A stretch of DNA of 64,000 nt from a virus. Position 1 is the stretch's first letter. Each line of letters opens with the position of its first letter. The stretch lies in IMG/VR virus record IMGVR_UViG_3300028833_000004. The stretch is one strand, 5' to 3'. The notes beneath the pieces are model-generated. The model was not told the DNA's origin and made no database searches. It was given only the letters and a program-made list of their open reading frames with translations. Positions 23,542 to 33,433 of the stretch are shown here, piece by piece. Both the position numbers and the translations under genes were made by a program.

Positions 23542-25629
23542 ATGAAAACATTAGTTCAAGCAATGAATGAGCATTTTAAACAAATGCTTACAAAATCAGA
23601 TACCTTATATAAGGTACAAGTTTCTGGTGAAGACCTTTGGGAAACTTATTTAAATGGATTTAATAAGAAACCAATTTTTAGAGATCCTGCATCTTCTGAA
23701 TATAATTGTAATAATTGTAAACATTTCATTACGCATTATGGAAATATTGTTATTATAAATAATGACAATTCCATTACATCTATCTTTGATTTTAAAGTTC
23801 CTGATGAATGTAAAGATGAATATGAAAAAACTATCAAAGATTTAAGTAATCTTATTCATTCATCTGTTGTAGGTAATGTTTTTAGTATAACTAAACATAC
23901 TATTGAAAGATCTAATTATAGTAAATGTTATACTCCTAAATACCGACATATAGGAATTTCTGAGAATCATAAAATTTATACTCAAGAAGAGGCTGATAAA
24001 TTTGGAGTAGTTAAGCCAAATCAATTATATACATTTTATCATTTCTATTTAGAAATTCCTGAACGATATATACTTGATACAGAAGAGTCTTTAGAATCAA
24101 TAAATGCCAAACATTTATCTGATTTTGAAGCACTTTATAAAGCCTTGAATGAATTTTCTTCAGATACTATAGAATTGGCTATAGAGTTAATTAAGAATCA
24201 AGCACTTTTAAATGCTGAGAAAGATGTTTATAAATTAACTGCTTTATTAAACTTAAAAAAGGAGTTTGATCTAGTACCTAAATCTCAACGACATAATTGG
24301 GTATGGAAACAATGTGTTTCTTTTAAGTATTGTCATATTTATGGGGAACTTATTGGTACACTATTAAAAGATTTATCTTCAAAAGATTTGGAAGATGCTT
24401 GCAGAGATTGGAATTACAGAGTTGATCCAATAAATTATATGCGGGCTCAGAAACCAATTACTAAAAATCAAATAAAATTAGCTCAGCAGTTTGTTGAAGA
24501 AAATGGATATTTGGAATCCTTTGATAGAAGATGTGCAACTATCGATGATATTTCAGTATCCGAGATAATTCATATTAATAATAAATCTAAATCAATATCA
24601 ATTTTTGATACATTAATATCAAAAACCACTACTAAACCTATTGATTTTGAGAATATTCCAGAAATTCCAATTCAAGAATTTATGGATAATATTCTGCCAA
24701 AATGTACTTCATTAGAAGCTTATTTTGACAATAAACATGTTAATAATTTAGTAACTCTTATTACCGCAAAAAATAAAGAGTCTAAACCAATGTTTAAATG
24801 GAAAAACAACTTCTCATGGACTTATATAGGAGATTTATCTGGAAAATCTTTGATTACTCAAGCAGTAAAAAATGCTGGAGGCTTTGTTGATGCACCATTT
24901 AGATTTTCTATAATGTGGAATGAAGATGGGCGAAGTATTTGTGATTTAGATGCACATTGTGTCACACCTCTTTTCAGAGAAATCTTTTTTGCAAATAAAT
25001 TTGATTCTACAAGTGGTGGTACCTTAGATGTTGATATGATTAGACCTGCTGGAGTGGGTGTAGAAAATATTTTCTGGAAAGATACTTCTAAAATACCTGA
25101 TGGTAATTATGAGTTTTTCATAGTTAATTACGATTGTGGAAGAAATTCTGGATGTAAGGCTGAACTATGTTTCTTAGATCAAGTTTGGACATATCAAATT
25201 GATAAAATGATTACCGATAGAATTTATATAGCAACACTTTCTATTAAGGGTGGAAAACTTATAGATATTAAACATTCTATAGAACCTATAGAGGTTAATA
25301 AGACTGTTTATAATATTTCTACAAACCAATTTTATCCAGTAAAATTAATGTGTTTGTCTCCAAATTATTGGGGAGATAATGTAGGGAATAAACATTATTT
25401 CTTCTTCTTAGAAGGATGTAGAACAGATGAAAAACTAAGGGGATTCCATAATGAATTTCTATGTGATGAATTAAAAAATCATCGCAAGGTTTTAGATGTT
25501 CTAGCATACTCTATGAAAGTTGAACCTGATAAGAATCAATTATCTGGTTTGGGATTTAATTCAACGGTTAAAGATGAATTAATTGTTAAAGCACATGGTA
25601 TTAATAAATTATTTAAAATTATTTTTTAA
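23542..25629 (+). CDS. large hypothetical protein (695 aa)
   Basis: Longest ORF without an assignable function. The N-terminus has YNCNNCKHFITHYGNIV. The C-terminus has DLDAHC...GGTLDVDM...GVENIFW. Confidence 0.75.
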   Translation: MKTLVQAMNEHFKQMLTKSDTLYKVQVSGEDLWETYLNGFNKKPIFRDPASSEYNCNNCKHFITHYGNIVIINNDNSITSIFDFKVPDECKDEYEKTIKDLSNLIHSSVVGNVFSITKHTIERSNYSKCYTPKYRHIGISENHKIYTQEEADKFGVVKPNQLYTFYHFYLEIPERYILDTEESLESINAKHLSDFEALYKALNEFSSDTIELAIELIKNQALLNAEKDVYKLTALLNLKKEFDLVPKSQRHNWVWKQCVSFKYCHIYGELIGTLLKDLSSKDLEDACRDWNYRVDPINYMRAQKPITKNQIKLAQQFVEENGYLESFDRRCATIDDISVSEIIHINNKSKSISIFDTLISKTTTKPIDFENIPEIPIQEFMDNILPKCTSLEAYFDNKHVNNLVTLITAKNKESKPMFKWKNNFSWTYIGDLSGKSLITQAVKNAGGFVDAPFRFSIMWNEDGRSICDLDAHCVTPLFREIFFANKFDSTSGGTLDVDMIRPAGVGVENIFWKDTSKIPDGNYEFFIVNYDCGRNSGCKAELCFLDQVWTYQIDKMITDRIYIATLSIKGGKLIDIKHSIEPIEVNKTVYNISTNQFYPVKLMCLSPNYWGDNVGNKHYFFFLEGCRTDEKLRGFHNEFLCDELKNHRKVLDVLAYSMKVEPDKNQLSGLGFNSTVKDELIVKAHGINKLFKIIF

Positions 25630-25631
25630 TT

Positions 25632-26006
25632 ATGTATAAAGAAGCTTCTAAAATGAAATTAAGATTTTCATCTAAAAAGGGAAATCTTACAGTTGAACAA
25701 TTATGGGATTTAACTATGTCCGATTTAAAGGATATTATTATAAATCTATATAATTCAAAACAAAAACCTAATCTTTCTGAGTTAGATTTCTTGCAAGTAG
25801 TATCTGAAGAAGATGAAATATCTAATTTAGCATACAATATTGCTGTTGACGTTTATAAGACACGACAAAAAGAATCTGAAGAGTATAAAAATAAACTTGA
25901 GAAAAAGGCTTATAATCAACACCTTGCTGATATTATTGCTGAAAAAGAAGATGCTGAATTGAGAAACAAATCAATTGAAGAATTAAAGGCAATGCTTAAA
26001 GATTAA
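25632..26006 (+). CDS. hypothetical protein (charged, coiled-coil-like C-terminus)
   Basis: 124-aa ORF. Confidence 0.6.
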   Translation: MYKEASKMKLRFSSKKGNLTVEQLWDLTMSDLKDIIINLYNSKQKPNLSELDFLQVVSEEDEISNLAYNIAVDVYKTRQKESEEYKNKLEKKAYNQHLADIIAEKEDAELRNKSIEELKAMLKD

Positions 26007-26044
26007 TCTTATTAAGGGAGTGGGAAACCACTCCCTTTTACATT

Positions 26045-26443
26045 ATGAAAAATAAATTACATAAAATTCCAATTGATGTATATAATCTTGATTTATTAAT
26101 ATTTTTTGGACATATGTCAGAGTGTTGTAAACTTTTGTCTAAAAGATTAGATCAGAGATATATAGACAAGTTAATGGAAATGGGATCTGATAATAAGGGT
26201 TTGTTTTTTCATGTTCAAGATGTATATTTAATTTGGCTTCCAGATATTCCAAATACTTTTAGAAAATACGCGATATTAGTTCATGAGCTTGAGCATGCTA
26301 CCTATAGAATACTCACTTATAAAGACTTAATACATACTGCAGAAAGTGATGAAGGATATGCATATTTATTAGAGTATTTATATTATAAATCATTAGTACT
26401 TATAAATAATTTAAAAAAGAATAGAGATGAAAAAGAAATATAA
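26045..26443 (+). CDS. hypothetical protein with HExxH motif (possible zinc metallopeptidase)
   Basis: HELEH sits within LVHELEHATYRIL. There is no other support. Confidence 0.3.
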   Translation: MKNKLHKIPIDVYNLDLLIFFGHMSECCKLLSKRLDQRYIDKLMEMGSDNKGLFFHVQDVYLIWLPDIPNTFRKYAILVHELEHATYRILTYKDLIHTAESDEGYAYLLEYLYYKSLVLINNLKKNRDEKEI

Positions 26444-27656
26444 TATTATTGGGGATATTCATGGAAGATCCTGGTGGAAGAAGTTACTAATTGATGATGG
26501 GATAAATGTATTTGTAGGAGATTATTTTTCACCATATGAAGAAATTTCTTGGGAAAATCAAAAACAGAATTTTCTAAATATTTTGGATCTGAAGAAAGAA
26601 AATCCCAATATGTATGTACTATTAATAGGTAATCATGATGAAGATCATTGGCATTGGGGTGAGGAGTGCTCCAGACATGATTCGGAACATGAACAAGAAA
26701 TTAGGCAATTATTTGAGGAAAATAAAGAATATTTTCAAATGGCCTATAATATTGAAGAATTTGGTATTGTAACACATGCTGGAGTATCAGCTTATTGGTA
26801 TGTCAATAACCTTTATGATAAAAACATAATTCATGCACATTCAGATTTAAAAAGTTGCGTAGATGGAGATTTAGTTTATTCAAAAGGATTTTTTTATAAA
26901 AATGGTGATGAATTAATAAAGTTATCTGAAATTAAACCTTCTGAATTATCTAAAACAATTAACGATTTATGGAAACAAAATCCTCAAATCTTTAGTTTTT
27001 TTAATTGTGATGTAAATTATTTAGATACTTATGGTGATTTAATAACACAGTCACCTTGTTGGATACGTCCTAATTCATTATATAAATCTAATATCTATAG
27101 AAATTCTGAATTATTTCAAATCGTTGGGCATACTCAATTTTATGAAATTGTTCCATTACAAAAATTGACAGATTCAAATGATAAACTGTATTTTATTGAT
27201 TGTCTAGGATTTCAACCTCAATCTTTGGTTATTACTACCGATTCTGAAACTTATGAGGTTAGTACCAATAAAATACTTATAGCAAATCGATGGAAAACTC
27301 CTGATGGAACAATTCTTCATTCTAAGCATGTGCATGATTATGTAAGTCACACTGATAAGAATGGTGAACATTATTTTATCGACGGAGGAACTGATTATAT
27401 CAGAAGGTCGGTAAATAATGAACTTATGGAAAATATGTGCATTTATTCTGATTCTCCATTTGATGTTATTCGTACTGTATTGTATAGATTTCCAGCTAAT
27501 AAACCTATTTGTGAATTATCTAATGAACATTTACAAAATATTATTACTTATGAGTTAGATCATGGTAAAGATAATTCTCTATATGTCAATTATATTAGAA
27601 AAGAAATTGAATATAGAGCAAAGCACCATATTAAAATAGAGGATAATTATGATTAA
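26427..27656 (+). CDS. calcineurin-like metallophosphoesterase with extra C-terminal domain
   Basis: Motifs present in order: IIGDIHGR, GDYFSPY, LIGNHDE and THAG. Confidence 0.7.
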   Translation: MKKKYNIIGDIHGRSWWKKLLIDDGINVFVGDYFSPYEEISWENQKQNFLNILDLKKENPNMYVLLIGNHDEDHWHWGEECSRHDSEHEQEIRQLFEENKEYFQMAYNIEEFGIVTHAGVSAYWYVNNLYDKNIIHAHSDLKSCVDGDLVYSKGFFYKNGDELIKLSEIKPSELSKTINDLWKQNPQIFSFFNCDVNYLDTYGDLITQSPCWIRPNSLYKSNIYRNSELFQIVGHTQFYEIVPLQKLTDSNDKLYFIDCLGFQPQSLVITTDSETYEVSTNKILIANRWKTPDGTILHSKHVHDYVSHTDKNGEHYFIDGGTDYIRRSVNNELMENMCIYSDSPFDVIRTVLYRFPANKPICELSNEHLQNIITYELDHGKDNSLYVNYIRKEIEYRAKHHIKIEDNYD

Positions 27657-27657
27657 T

Positions 27658-28008
27658 ATGAGAAAACTGCAAAATAATTTTACTACCTCTGAACAATCAG
27701 AACAACTTCTTAAATTAGGAGTGCCTGCTGATAGTGCTGATATGTATTATAAGCGTACGATGCTTGATCCTTACATATTTACTCTTGGTGTTCGTTTTTC
27801 TGTATATGCAGAAGTAGAAGATATAGTTCCTTGTTGGTCTGTAGGCCGACTGATAGAAATATTAAGGATTTGTGTAACTGATGAAGAAGAAATAGTTGAA
27901 ATAATGGAAAATCTTATATATTGGACACTATTAGACCTTACAGATTTTTTATTACAAACATATCAAGAGTATAAAGAGGTTATTGATTTTTCAAAACTGG
28001 AGGATTGA
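27658..28008 (+). CDS. hypothetical protein, TTPEQSxxLLxLGxPADSA family
   Basis: Carries NNFTTSEQSEQLLKLGVPADSADMYY, PCWSVGRLIEI and FSKLED. Confidence 0.65.
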   Translation: MRKLQNNFTTSEQSEQLLKLGVPADSADMYYKRTMLDPYIFTLGVRFSVYAEVEDIVPCWSVGRLIEILRICVTDEEEIVEIMENLIYWTLLDLTDFLLQTYQEYKEVIDFSKLED

Positions 28009-28010
28009 GT

Positions 28011-28370
28011 ATGAAACAATTATCAAATAATTTCACGACCCCTGAACAGTCAAAAAGATTGCTTGAGTTGGGACTGCCTGCTGATAGTTCTGATTGTTAC
28101 TATGATTGGTATGGTATGAAGTCTGAATCATATCCATATAAAGTTATATCAGTATTTAATGGAGATGATACTTTTTCTATTTTAAAAGATAGATTTAAAA
28201 GAGAACTTCTTCCCTGCTGGTCTGTTGGAAGGTTGATTGAGATACTATGTATTTGTAAAAAAGGCGAAGAAGTATCATTTTATACTTGGTCAGATAAAGT
28301 TGATTTAGTAGAATGGATAATTTATAAAATAGAAGTAGCAGAACCCGACTTTTCAAAACTGGAGGAATGA
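28011..28370 (+). CDS. hypothetical protein, TTPEQSKRLLELGLPADS family
   Basis: Tandem paralog of the previous gene. GGAGGA lies upstream of ATG 28011. Confidence 0.65.
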   Translation: MKQLSNNFTTPEQSKRLLELGLPADSSDCYYDWYGMKSESYPYKVISVFNGDDTFSILKDRFKRELLPCWSVGRLIEILCICKKGEEVSFYTWSDKVDLVEWIIYKIEVAEPDFSKLEE

Positions 28371-28372
28371 TT

Positions 28373-28750
28373 ATGAAACAAATTTATAATTATACACAGC
28401 AGTCTATTTCGTATGATGGTGGATGGGATGATTATCGATACTACCAATGTGAAACAGAGGAAGAGTATAGGCAGTGTGTCGCTAAGGCACTGAGTGATGT
28501 TGAGGACTATACTCGGCGAGGTTATGCTGCTTTCATTAATATTGACCAAGATACCAAGATAGTTACTCGTCAGTATCATTCGCCCGGTTGCGGATGGATT
28601 GGTAGAATCTTCGATGCCGAAGGTTTGGCTGTACATAAGCGCTTTGAGCGAAGTAATGAACATTGTTATTATATTCGTCCCGACACGTTTGTCGAGCAAC
28701 CACAACCTAAGCGAGAAGTATCATTCATGGACGCATTAACAGACTCATAA
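28373..28750 (+). CDS. hypothetical protein
   Basis: About 125-aa ORF. GGAGGA lies upstream and composition is G+C-richer. Confidence 0.6.
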   Translation: MKQIYNYTQQSISYDGGWDDYRYYQCETEEEYRQCVAKALSDVEDYTRRGYAAFINIDQDTKIVTRQYHSPGCGWIGRIFDAEGLAVHKRFERSNEHCYYIRPDTFVEQPQPKREVSFMDALTDS

Positions 28751-28763
28751 AAGAAGCATAATT

Positions 28764-29336
28764 ATGACTTATACATTTGTAAAAATCAAGTCCAAGATGG
28801 ATGGAAAAACCTACTGGTACTTTCGTCCCAAAGATGAACTACAAGTAATTGAACATTGGTACAAATACCCAGCCTCAGTCATTAAGGAGGGCACACATAT
28901 TATGGTACGAAAGGGATTAAAAACTGCTATTGGACATTTTCAAAATAATTTCGAAATAGGCGTAGAAGCATTTATGGCAGCTACCGGTTCTGACTTAAGA
29001 ACAGCCCTAGTTACAGTAGAAAATGAAGCCTTCAACTCACGTCTTAAAGACTTTGGAAAACGTGAGATATACCTTAATCATGATATGCAAGTCTTATTGC
29101 TTGATGAACGTATTGCTGAAATTGTAGAGACCATAGAAAAAGACACACTCACATTTCCTGATGAAGAAAAGCCAGAAATGAAGAATGTGAGGTTTCTTGT
29201 ATGGCCTGGGGGTTCTCATTACTATGCTAAGATAGGAAGTCTTGACGTTACTGATGAACAGGGTAATCAGAAATGGAACACAAAAGCCGAAGCGATGAAA
29301 GCTGCTGAATGGTATATCAAAAATAATTGGAAATAG
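28764..29336 (+). CDS. hypothetical protein
   Basis: 190-aa ORF ending on TAG. Confidence 0.6.
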   Translation: MTYTFVKIKSKMDGKTYWYFRPKDELQVIEHWYKYPASVIKEGTHIMVRKGLKTAIGHFQNNFEIGVEAFMAATGSDLRTALVTVENEAFNSRLKDFGKREIYLNHDMQVLLLDERIAEIVETIEKDTLTFPDEEKPEMKNVRFLVWPGGSHYYAKIGSLDVTDEQGNQKWNTKAEAMKAAEWYIKNNWK

Positions 29337-29347
29337 GAGGATTAAAT

Positions 29348-29746
29348 ATGAAACCAGAAGAATTAATGATTAATGACTGGGTTATGGCTGATGGAACTCC
29401 TACACAAATCTTATCGTTAGGAAGTAAAGGTGCAATAATCACTGGTGGTTTTGACAAGGTATGTTATTATGATAATATGCAGGGAATTCTACTTACTCCA
29501 GAGATACTAGAGAAGAATGATTTTACTTTCTTTAATAATCTCGAAAATAATGTTGTATATAAGTATTTAATTGATGATATTTATCTAAATTTTATATGCA
29601 TCACTATTATAAATACTACAGAATTTTATTATTCTTATTATTCTGATGACGATAATAAAGTAATTTCACTTTTACCAATTCATTATATTCATGAACTTCA
29701 ACATGCTTTCAAACTTTGTGGGATCGATAAAGAAATAGTATTATGA
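29348..29746 (+). CDS. hypothetical protein, ELMxxDWV family
   Basis: MKPEELMINDWV...IHELQHAFKLCGIDKEIVL. GGAGG lies 7 nt upstream. Confidence 0.65.
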   Translation: MKPEELMINDWVMADGTPTQILSLGSKGAIITGGFDKVCYYDNMQGILLTPEILEKNDFTFFNNLENNVVYKYLIDDIYLNFICITIINTTEFYYSYYSDDDNKVISLLPIHYIHELQHAFKLCGIDKEIVL

Positions 29747-29780
29747 ATTATTAGAAGGTTTTCATAAAATTTTTTAAAAT

Positions 29781-30092
29781 ATGTATTCAAATAAATTTAT
29801 ATTAGACAACATTGTAGAATACCTTAATGAAAATTTTAGTCAGGACTCTGAACACTATGAATGGTTGGAAGATCCAAACTCCCCAATTATACCATACGGC
29901 AGTTCTTTAATTTCTCTATGGGCTTGTGGTGCCGTTGTTTGTATAGGACATCTTTTGTATTTTATTACAGAAGATGATGGAAGTTGGTTTATTGATGAAA
30001 CTGAAAATGATTGTGGTGTTCAGAATAGTTTTAGTATTGCTTGGGCAGATAGTTTTACTACTGCAATACAAAAATTAAGAGAACTTAGATAA
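29781..30092 (+). CDS. hypothetical protein
   Basis: 103-aa ORF. Confidence 0.6.
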   Translation: MYSNKFILDNIVEYLNENFSQDSEHYEWLEDPNSPIIPYGSSLISLWACGAVVCIGHLLYFITEDDGSWFIDETENDCGVQNSFSIAWADSFTTAIQKLRELR

Positions 30093-30120
30093 TATAAAAC
30101 ATTTTAAAATTTAAAAAAAA

Positions 30121-30450
30121 ATGAACAAATTTCAAAAACTTATTGCTGATTCATCCAGCAATACACTTAAAAGACGTGCTAAAAGTATTAGCACACAAGC
30201 AGAAATTGCTCAACAAACTGTTGTTAATACTTTAAAAAGTAAAGTATCAGAATTAGAACTTAAGGTTGAAAATCTTACAGATTTTGCCCCAAGTAGTACT
30301 TATTCCCTGCGTCCCGGAACAGATAACTGGAATCCTTCTGAATGGGCTACTGAATTACAAAGAACTAAATGGGAAGTATTCTTAGCAAAACAACAACTTG
30401 AAATAGCTGAAAATACTTATAAAGAATTTTTTGAAGAAGATAAACAATGA
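30121..30450 (+). CDS. hypothetical protein
   Basis: 109-aa ORF. Confidence 0.6.
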   Translation: MNKFQKLIADSSSNTLKRRAKSISTQAEIAQQTVVNTLKSKVSELELKVENLTDFAPSSTYSLRPGTDNWNPSEWATELQRTKWEVFLAKQQLEIAENTYKEFFEEDKQ

Positions 30451-30776
30451 AAAAGATGTATTTATTTATAAATGGTTATTCAGATATAATATTATCTGAG
30501 AATCCTCCTGTATATAATGAGGAAGACGATTCATATTGGACAGATTCCAAAAACCCTGGTGCACACATTGTATTAGACACTGATGATTCCGGATTTGATT
30601 TTTTTAATAAGAATTCTTATGGAAATGATGGAGATGGACCTCAATATTATTTTGAACTTGTTCCCCATAAATGTGGAGAAGAAGTGAGTTCAAGTATAAT
30701 ACAAACTGATTCTAAAAATTCACCTCAAAAATTATCAGGAGATCTTTTAAATTTTGATATCAAATCAATAATTTAA
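30447..30776 (+). CDS. hypothetical protein
   Basis: 109-aa ORF with an ATGA overlap. Confidence 0.6.
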   Translation: MKKMYLFINGYSDIILSENPPVYNEEDDSYWTDSKNPGAHIVLDTDDSGFDFFNKNSYGNDGDGPQYYFELVPHKCGEEVSSSIIQTDSKNSPQKLSGDLLNFDIKSII

Positions 30777-30881
30777 CAATGTATTACGTTAAATCTAAGG
30801 ATGAAATAAAAGAATTTGATTCTTATAATGAAGCATTTGATTATGCTTTAGAAAAAAATGGGTATATTGTAAGTAAAGAAT

Positions 30882-31544
30882 ATGAAAAAATTTAAATTTA
30901 TTTGGAAACGATTATGTAAATTTGTTCCAGAGGTATATTTAATTAAAGAAGACTCCTCTGGATTATATTTTAAATTTAGATTAAGTGAAGGAATTCTTAA
31001 AGTGGTTGAATGTTTTGTAACGACAGATGGACAAACTATTGATCTTCCAAATTCGATTTTTTTATATGATTTTAAGGATGATTTAAAGGGAGTTTTAGAT
31101 GATGATGAGTTTAATCCTTATAAAGAAAAAATTGAATCAAAATTAAAAAAATATATTATTAAAGAATCAATTAGAAGATGGTTTAGTCAAAAATTTTTTA
31201 AAGTTCAAGATTATTATCTCGATTTAAGAAATTTCATTAAACATTCAATATATTTAAGAAAAGAACTTTCTTTGGATTGTGATTCCTCAGATTTTAGTCT
31301 TGAATTATTTATGAAATCTTTACAGTTATTAAAAAATAATATGTTAAAGAATGGTTATAATTTAGAGGATGATAAGATTGAAGAAATTGATAGATTAATT
31401 AAACTTTTAAAAGATTTTGATTCTTTTGATTCAGATCCAGTAATTAGAATGGAGAATCGTCATAATCGATATAAAGAAGTATTTACATTACTGGAGGGAT
31501 CTAAAAATTGTATAAATTCAGGAATTGAAACATGGTATTATTAA
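30882..31544 (+). CDS. hypothetical protein
   Basis: 220-aa ORF. Confidence 0.6.
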   Translation: MKKFKFIWKRLCKFVPEVYLIKEDSSGLYFKFRLSEGILKVVECFVTTDGQTIDLPNSIFLYDFKDDLKGVLDDDEFNPYKEKIESKLKKYIIKESIRRWFSQKFFKVQDYYLDLRNFIKHSIYLRKELSLDCDSSDFSLELFMKSLQLLKNNMLKNGYNLEDDKIEEIDRLIKLLKDFDSFDSDPVIRMENRHNRYKEVFTLLEGSKNCINSGIETWYY

Positions 31545-31545
31545 T

Positions 31546-32241
31546 ATGAATATGGATTATAGTAAATTTGCAATGTCTCGTGATGATATTTTAAGCGAGA
31601 TTATTTTAAAATGTAAGCGCGAATTATATGAGCGTGCTCAACCATCTGCTAATTATGATGAATTACTTGAAAATTGGCGTAAAAGTGAGAATAGAGATAA
31701 GGAAAAGTATTTTGACAAATATTATCTATCTCAGAGCGAATTTAAGTATGTAGTAGAAAAATATGCAGAAAATTATGGTATAAAAAGTAAATTTAAGGAT
31801 CATCTAGAATTATTAATTGCTAATATGAAAGATGGCACCATTAAAGATAAATGGATACCTGAACGTACTGATGAACATGGAACTCATCCTGGATATAGAG
31901 GATATGAAGATGTAGCTCCAATAAAGAAAATGATTGGTGAGGAAAATGCTCAATATGTAATTAATTATATTAACGATCGAATTAAGTTTTATAGTAGAGA
32001 CCGTGACTATAACTCATTTACATTCAGTATTTACTTAAGTGATACTCCAACATCAAATTTAGAAACTGTTAAGGAGTATTGGAAATCTCAAGGAGTAGAT
32101 TTAGATATTGATAAAAGAGCACACGATTCTGATTATTTCTGGTGTGAAGAGCATGGATATTTAGAGGATGAAGAAGAATATTCATCTGAATATAATATAC
32201 AGGAAGAATCAGATAAGGATCTCTCAGATGAGGTCAAGTAA
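31546..32241 (+). CDS. hypothetical protein
   Basis: I place the start at ATG 31546, just after the upstream stop. The C-terminal tail is acidic. Confidence 0.6.
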   Translation: MNMDYSKFAMSRDDILSEIILKCKRELYERAQPSANYDELLENWRKSENRDKEKYFDKYYLSQSEFKYVVEKYAENYGIKSKFKDHLELLIANMKDGTIKDKWIPERTDEHGTHPGYRGYEDVAPIKKMIGEENAQYVINYINDRIKFYSRDRDYNSFTFSIYLSDTPTSNLETVKEYWKSQGVDLDIDKRAHDSDYFWCEEHGYLEDEEEYSSEYNIQEESDKDLSDEVK

Positions 32242-32400
32242 TTCCAATGTAAATAGACAATTACTGATTAATATGGGAAAAACATTTAGAAATATTTCTT
32301 TTACAAAAAAGAAATCTAAAAAAGATTATACCTTTAATGAGGAAAATTTTAAAAAGTATAATCATAAAAATCTTAATATTAATAAATTACCTGAAGAATA

Positions 32401-33171
32401 ATGTTGTTTATTAACCCTAATGTAATACCTCTAATCCAAGAACCTGGGTTGGAAGGTATTTTTAAACAAATTGCCTATTCTGGCCATATTTGTTATAAAT
32501 CCGAAAGAGTTGGAGGTGAAAAAGAGTTTGTTGAAAGCCTAATTAAAAGGGGACATTTAAGTCCACTGGAACATGGTACTATTTATTTAGAAATTCCATA
32601 TGATTCAGAATTTAATTATACTATTGGTAAATATACAGATAATAAATTTTCAAAGGTTAATGAAAATTATATAACAACTAATTATAGAGTAATTATAGAA
32701 AATGGATGGGATGATGATTTAAAATACTTAGTAAATCCAACAGACACTCATGAAAAAAGATATTCTTTTCACATTACCTGTTCTAGGGGTATTATGGATG
32801 AATTCGTAAGACACAGAGTATTTTCATTTAGCTGTGAATCAACAAGATACTGTAATTACTCTAAAAATAAATTTGGAAATGAATTAACTTTTATTTTACC
32901 CTATTGGTATGGATCTGCAACTTCTGAACAAAAAATTATGTTTGTTAATAGTTGTAAAAATGATGAACAAACTTATCTTAAATTAATAAACTTAACTTTA
33001 AAACCACAGGAAGCTCGTGAAGTTCTTCCGTTAAGTTTAAAATCAGAATTTGTTATGACTGGTTTTAAGTCTGATTGGGAACATTTCTTCAAACTTAGAT
33101 GTGATTCTGCAGCCCATCCAGATGCACAATCAATAGCTAATAAAATTAAAACCTTATTAAAAGATGAATAA
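32401..33171 (+). CDS. thyX: flavin-dependent thymidylate synthase ThyX
   Basis: The ThyX signature RHRxxSxxxxSxRY is present as RHRVFSFSCESTRY. The N-terminal SGHICYKS...KRGHLSPLEH is also present. Confidence 0.85.
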   Translation: MLFINPNVIPLIQEPGLEGIFKQIAYSGHICYKSERVGGEKEFVESLIKRGHLSPLEHGTIYLEIPYDSEFNYTIGKYTDNKFSKVNENYITTNYRVIIENGWDDDLKYLVNPTDTHEKRYSFHITCSRGIMDEFVRHRVFSFSCESTRYCNYSKNKFGNELTFILPYWYGSATSEQKIMFVNSCKNDEQTYLKLINLTLKPQEAREVLPLSLKSEFVMTGFKSDWEHFFKLRCDSAAHPDAQSIANKIKTLLKDE

Positions 33172-33433
33172 AAATAATAAAGATCTAAAGTTAACTCCAA
33201 ATAGTTCTATAGTATTCAATACTTATGAAACTAACTGGTTGGGACAAAAAATAACTACTAAAACTATAATGTCCCCTGAATGTGTACAATTTTTCATATC
33301 TGATTCTGGAAATCCCAATCCCAAAAAATATGGACAAAATTCTTGGAAAAATATGGATAAATTGTCTAGACTAGTTGTAAATTTATTATATTCTGCAGAC
33401 AATAAAAATTTTGAATATCAGATAGTACAATGA
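33164..33433 (+). CDS. hypothetical protein
   Basis: 89-aa ORF. Confidence 0.55.
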   Translation: MNKNNKDLKLTPNSSIVFNTYETNWLGQKITTKTIMSPECVQFFISDSGNPNPKKYGQNSWKNMDKLSRLVVNLLYSADNKNFEYQIVQ

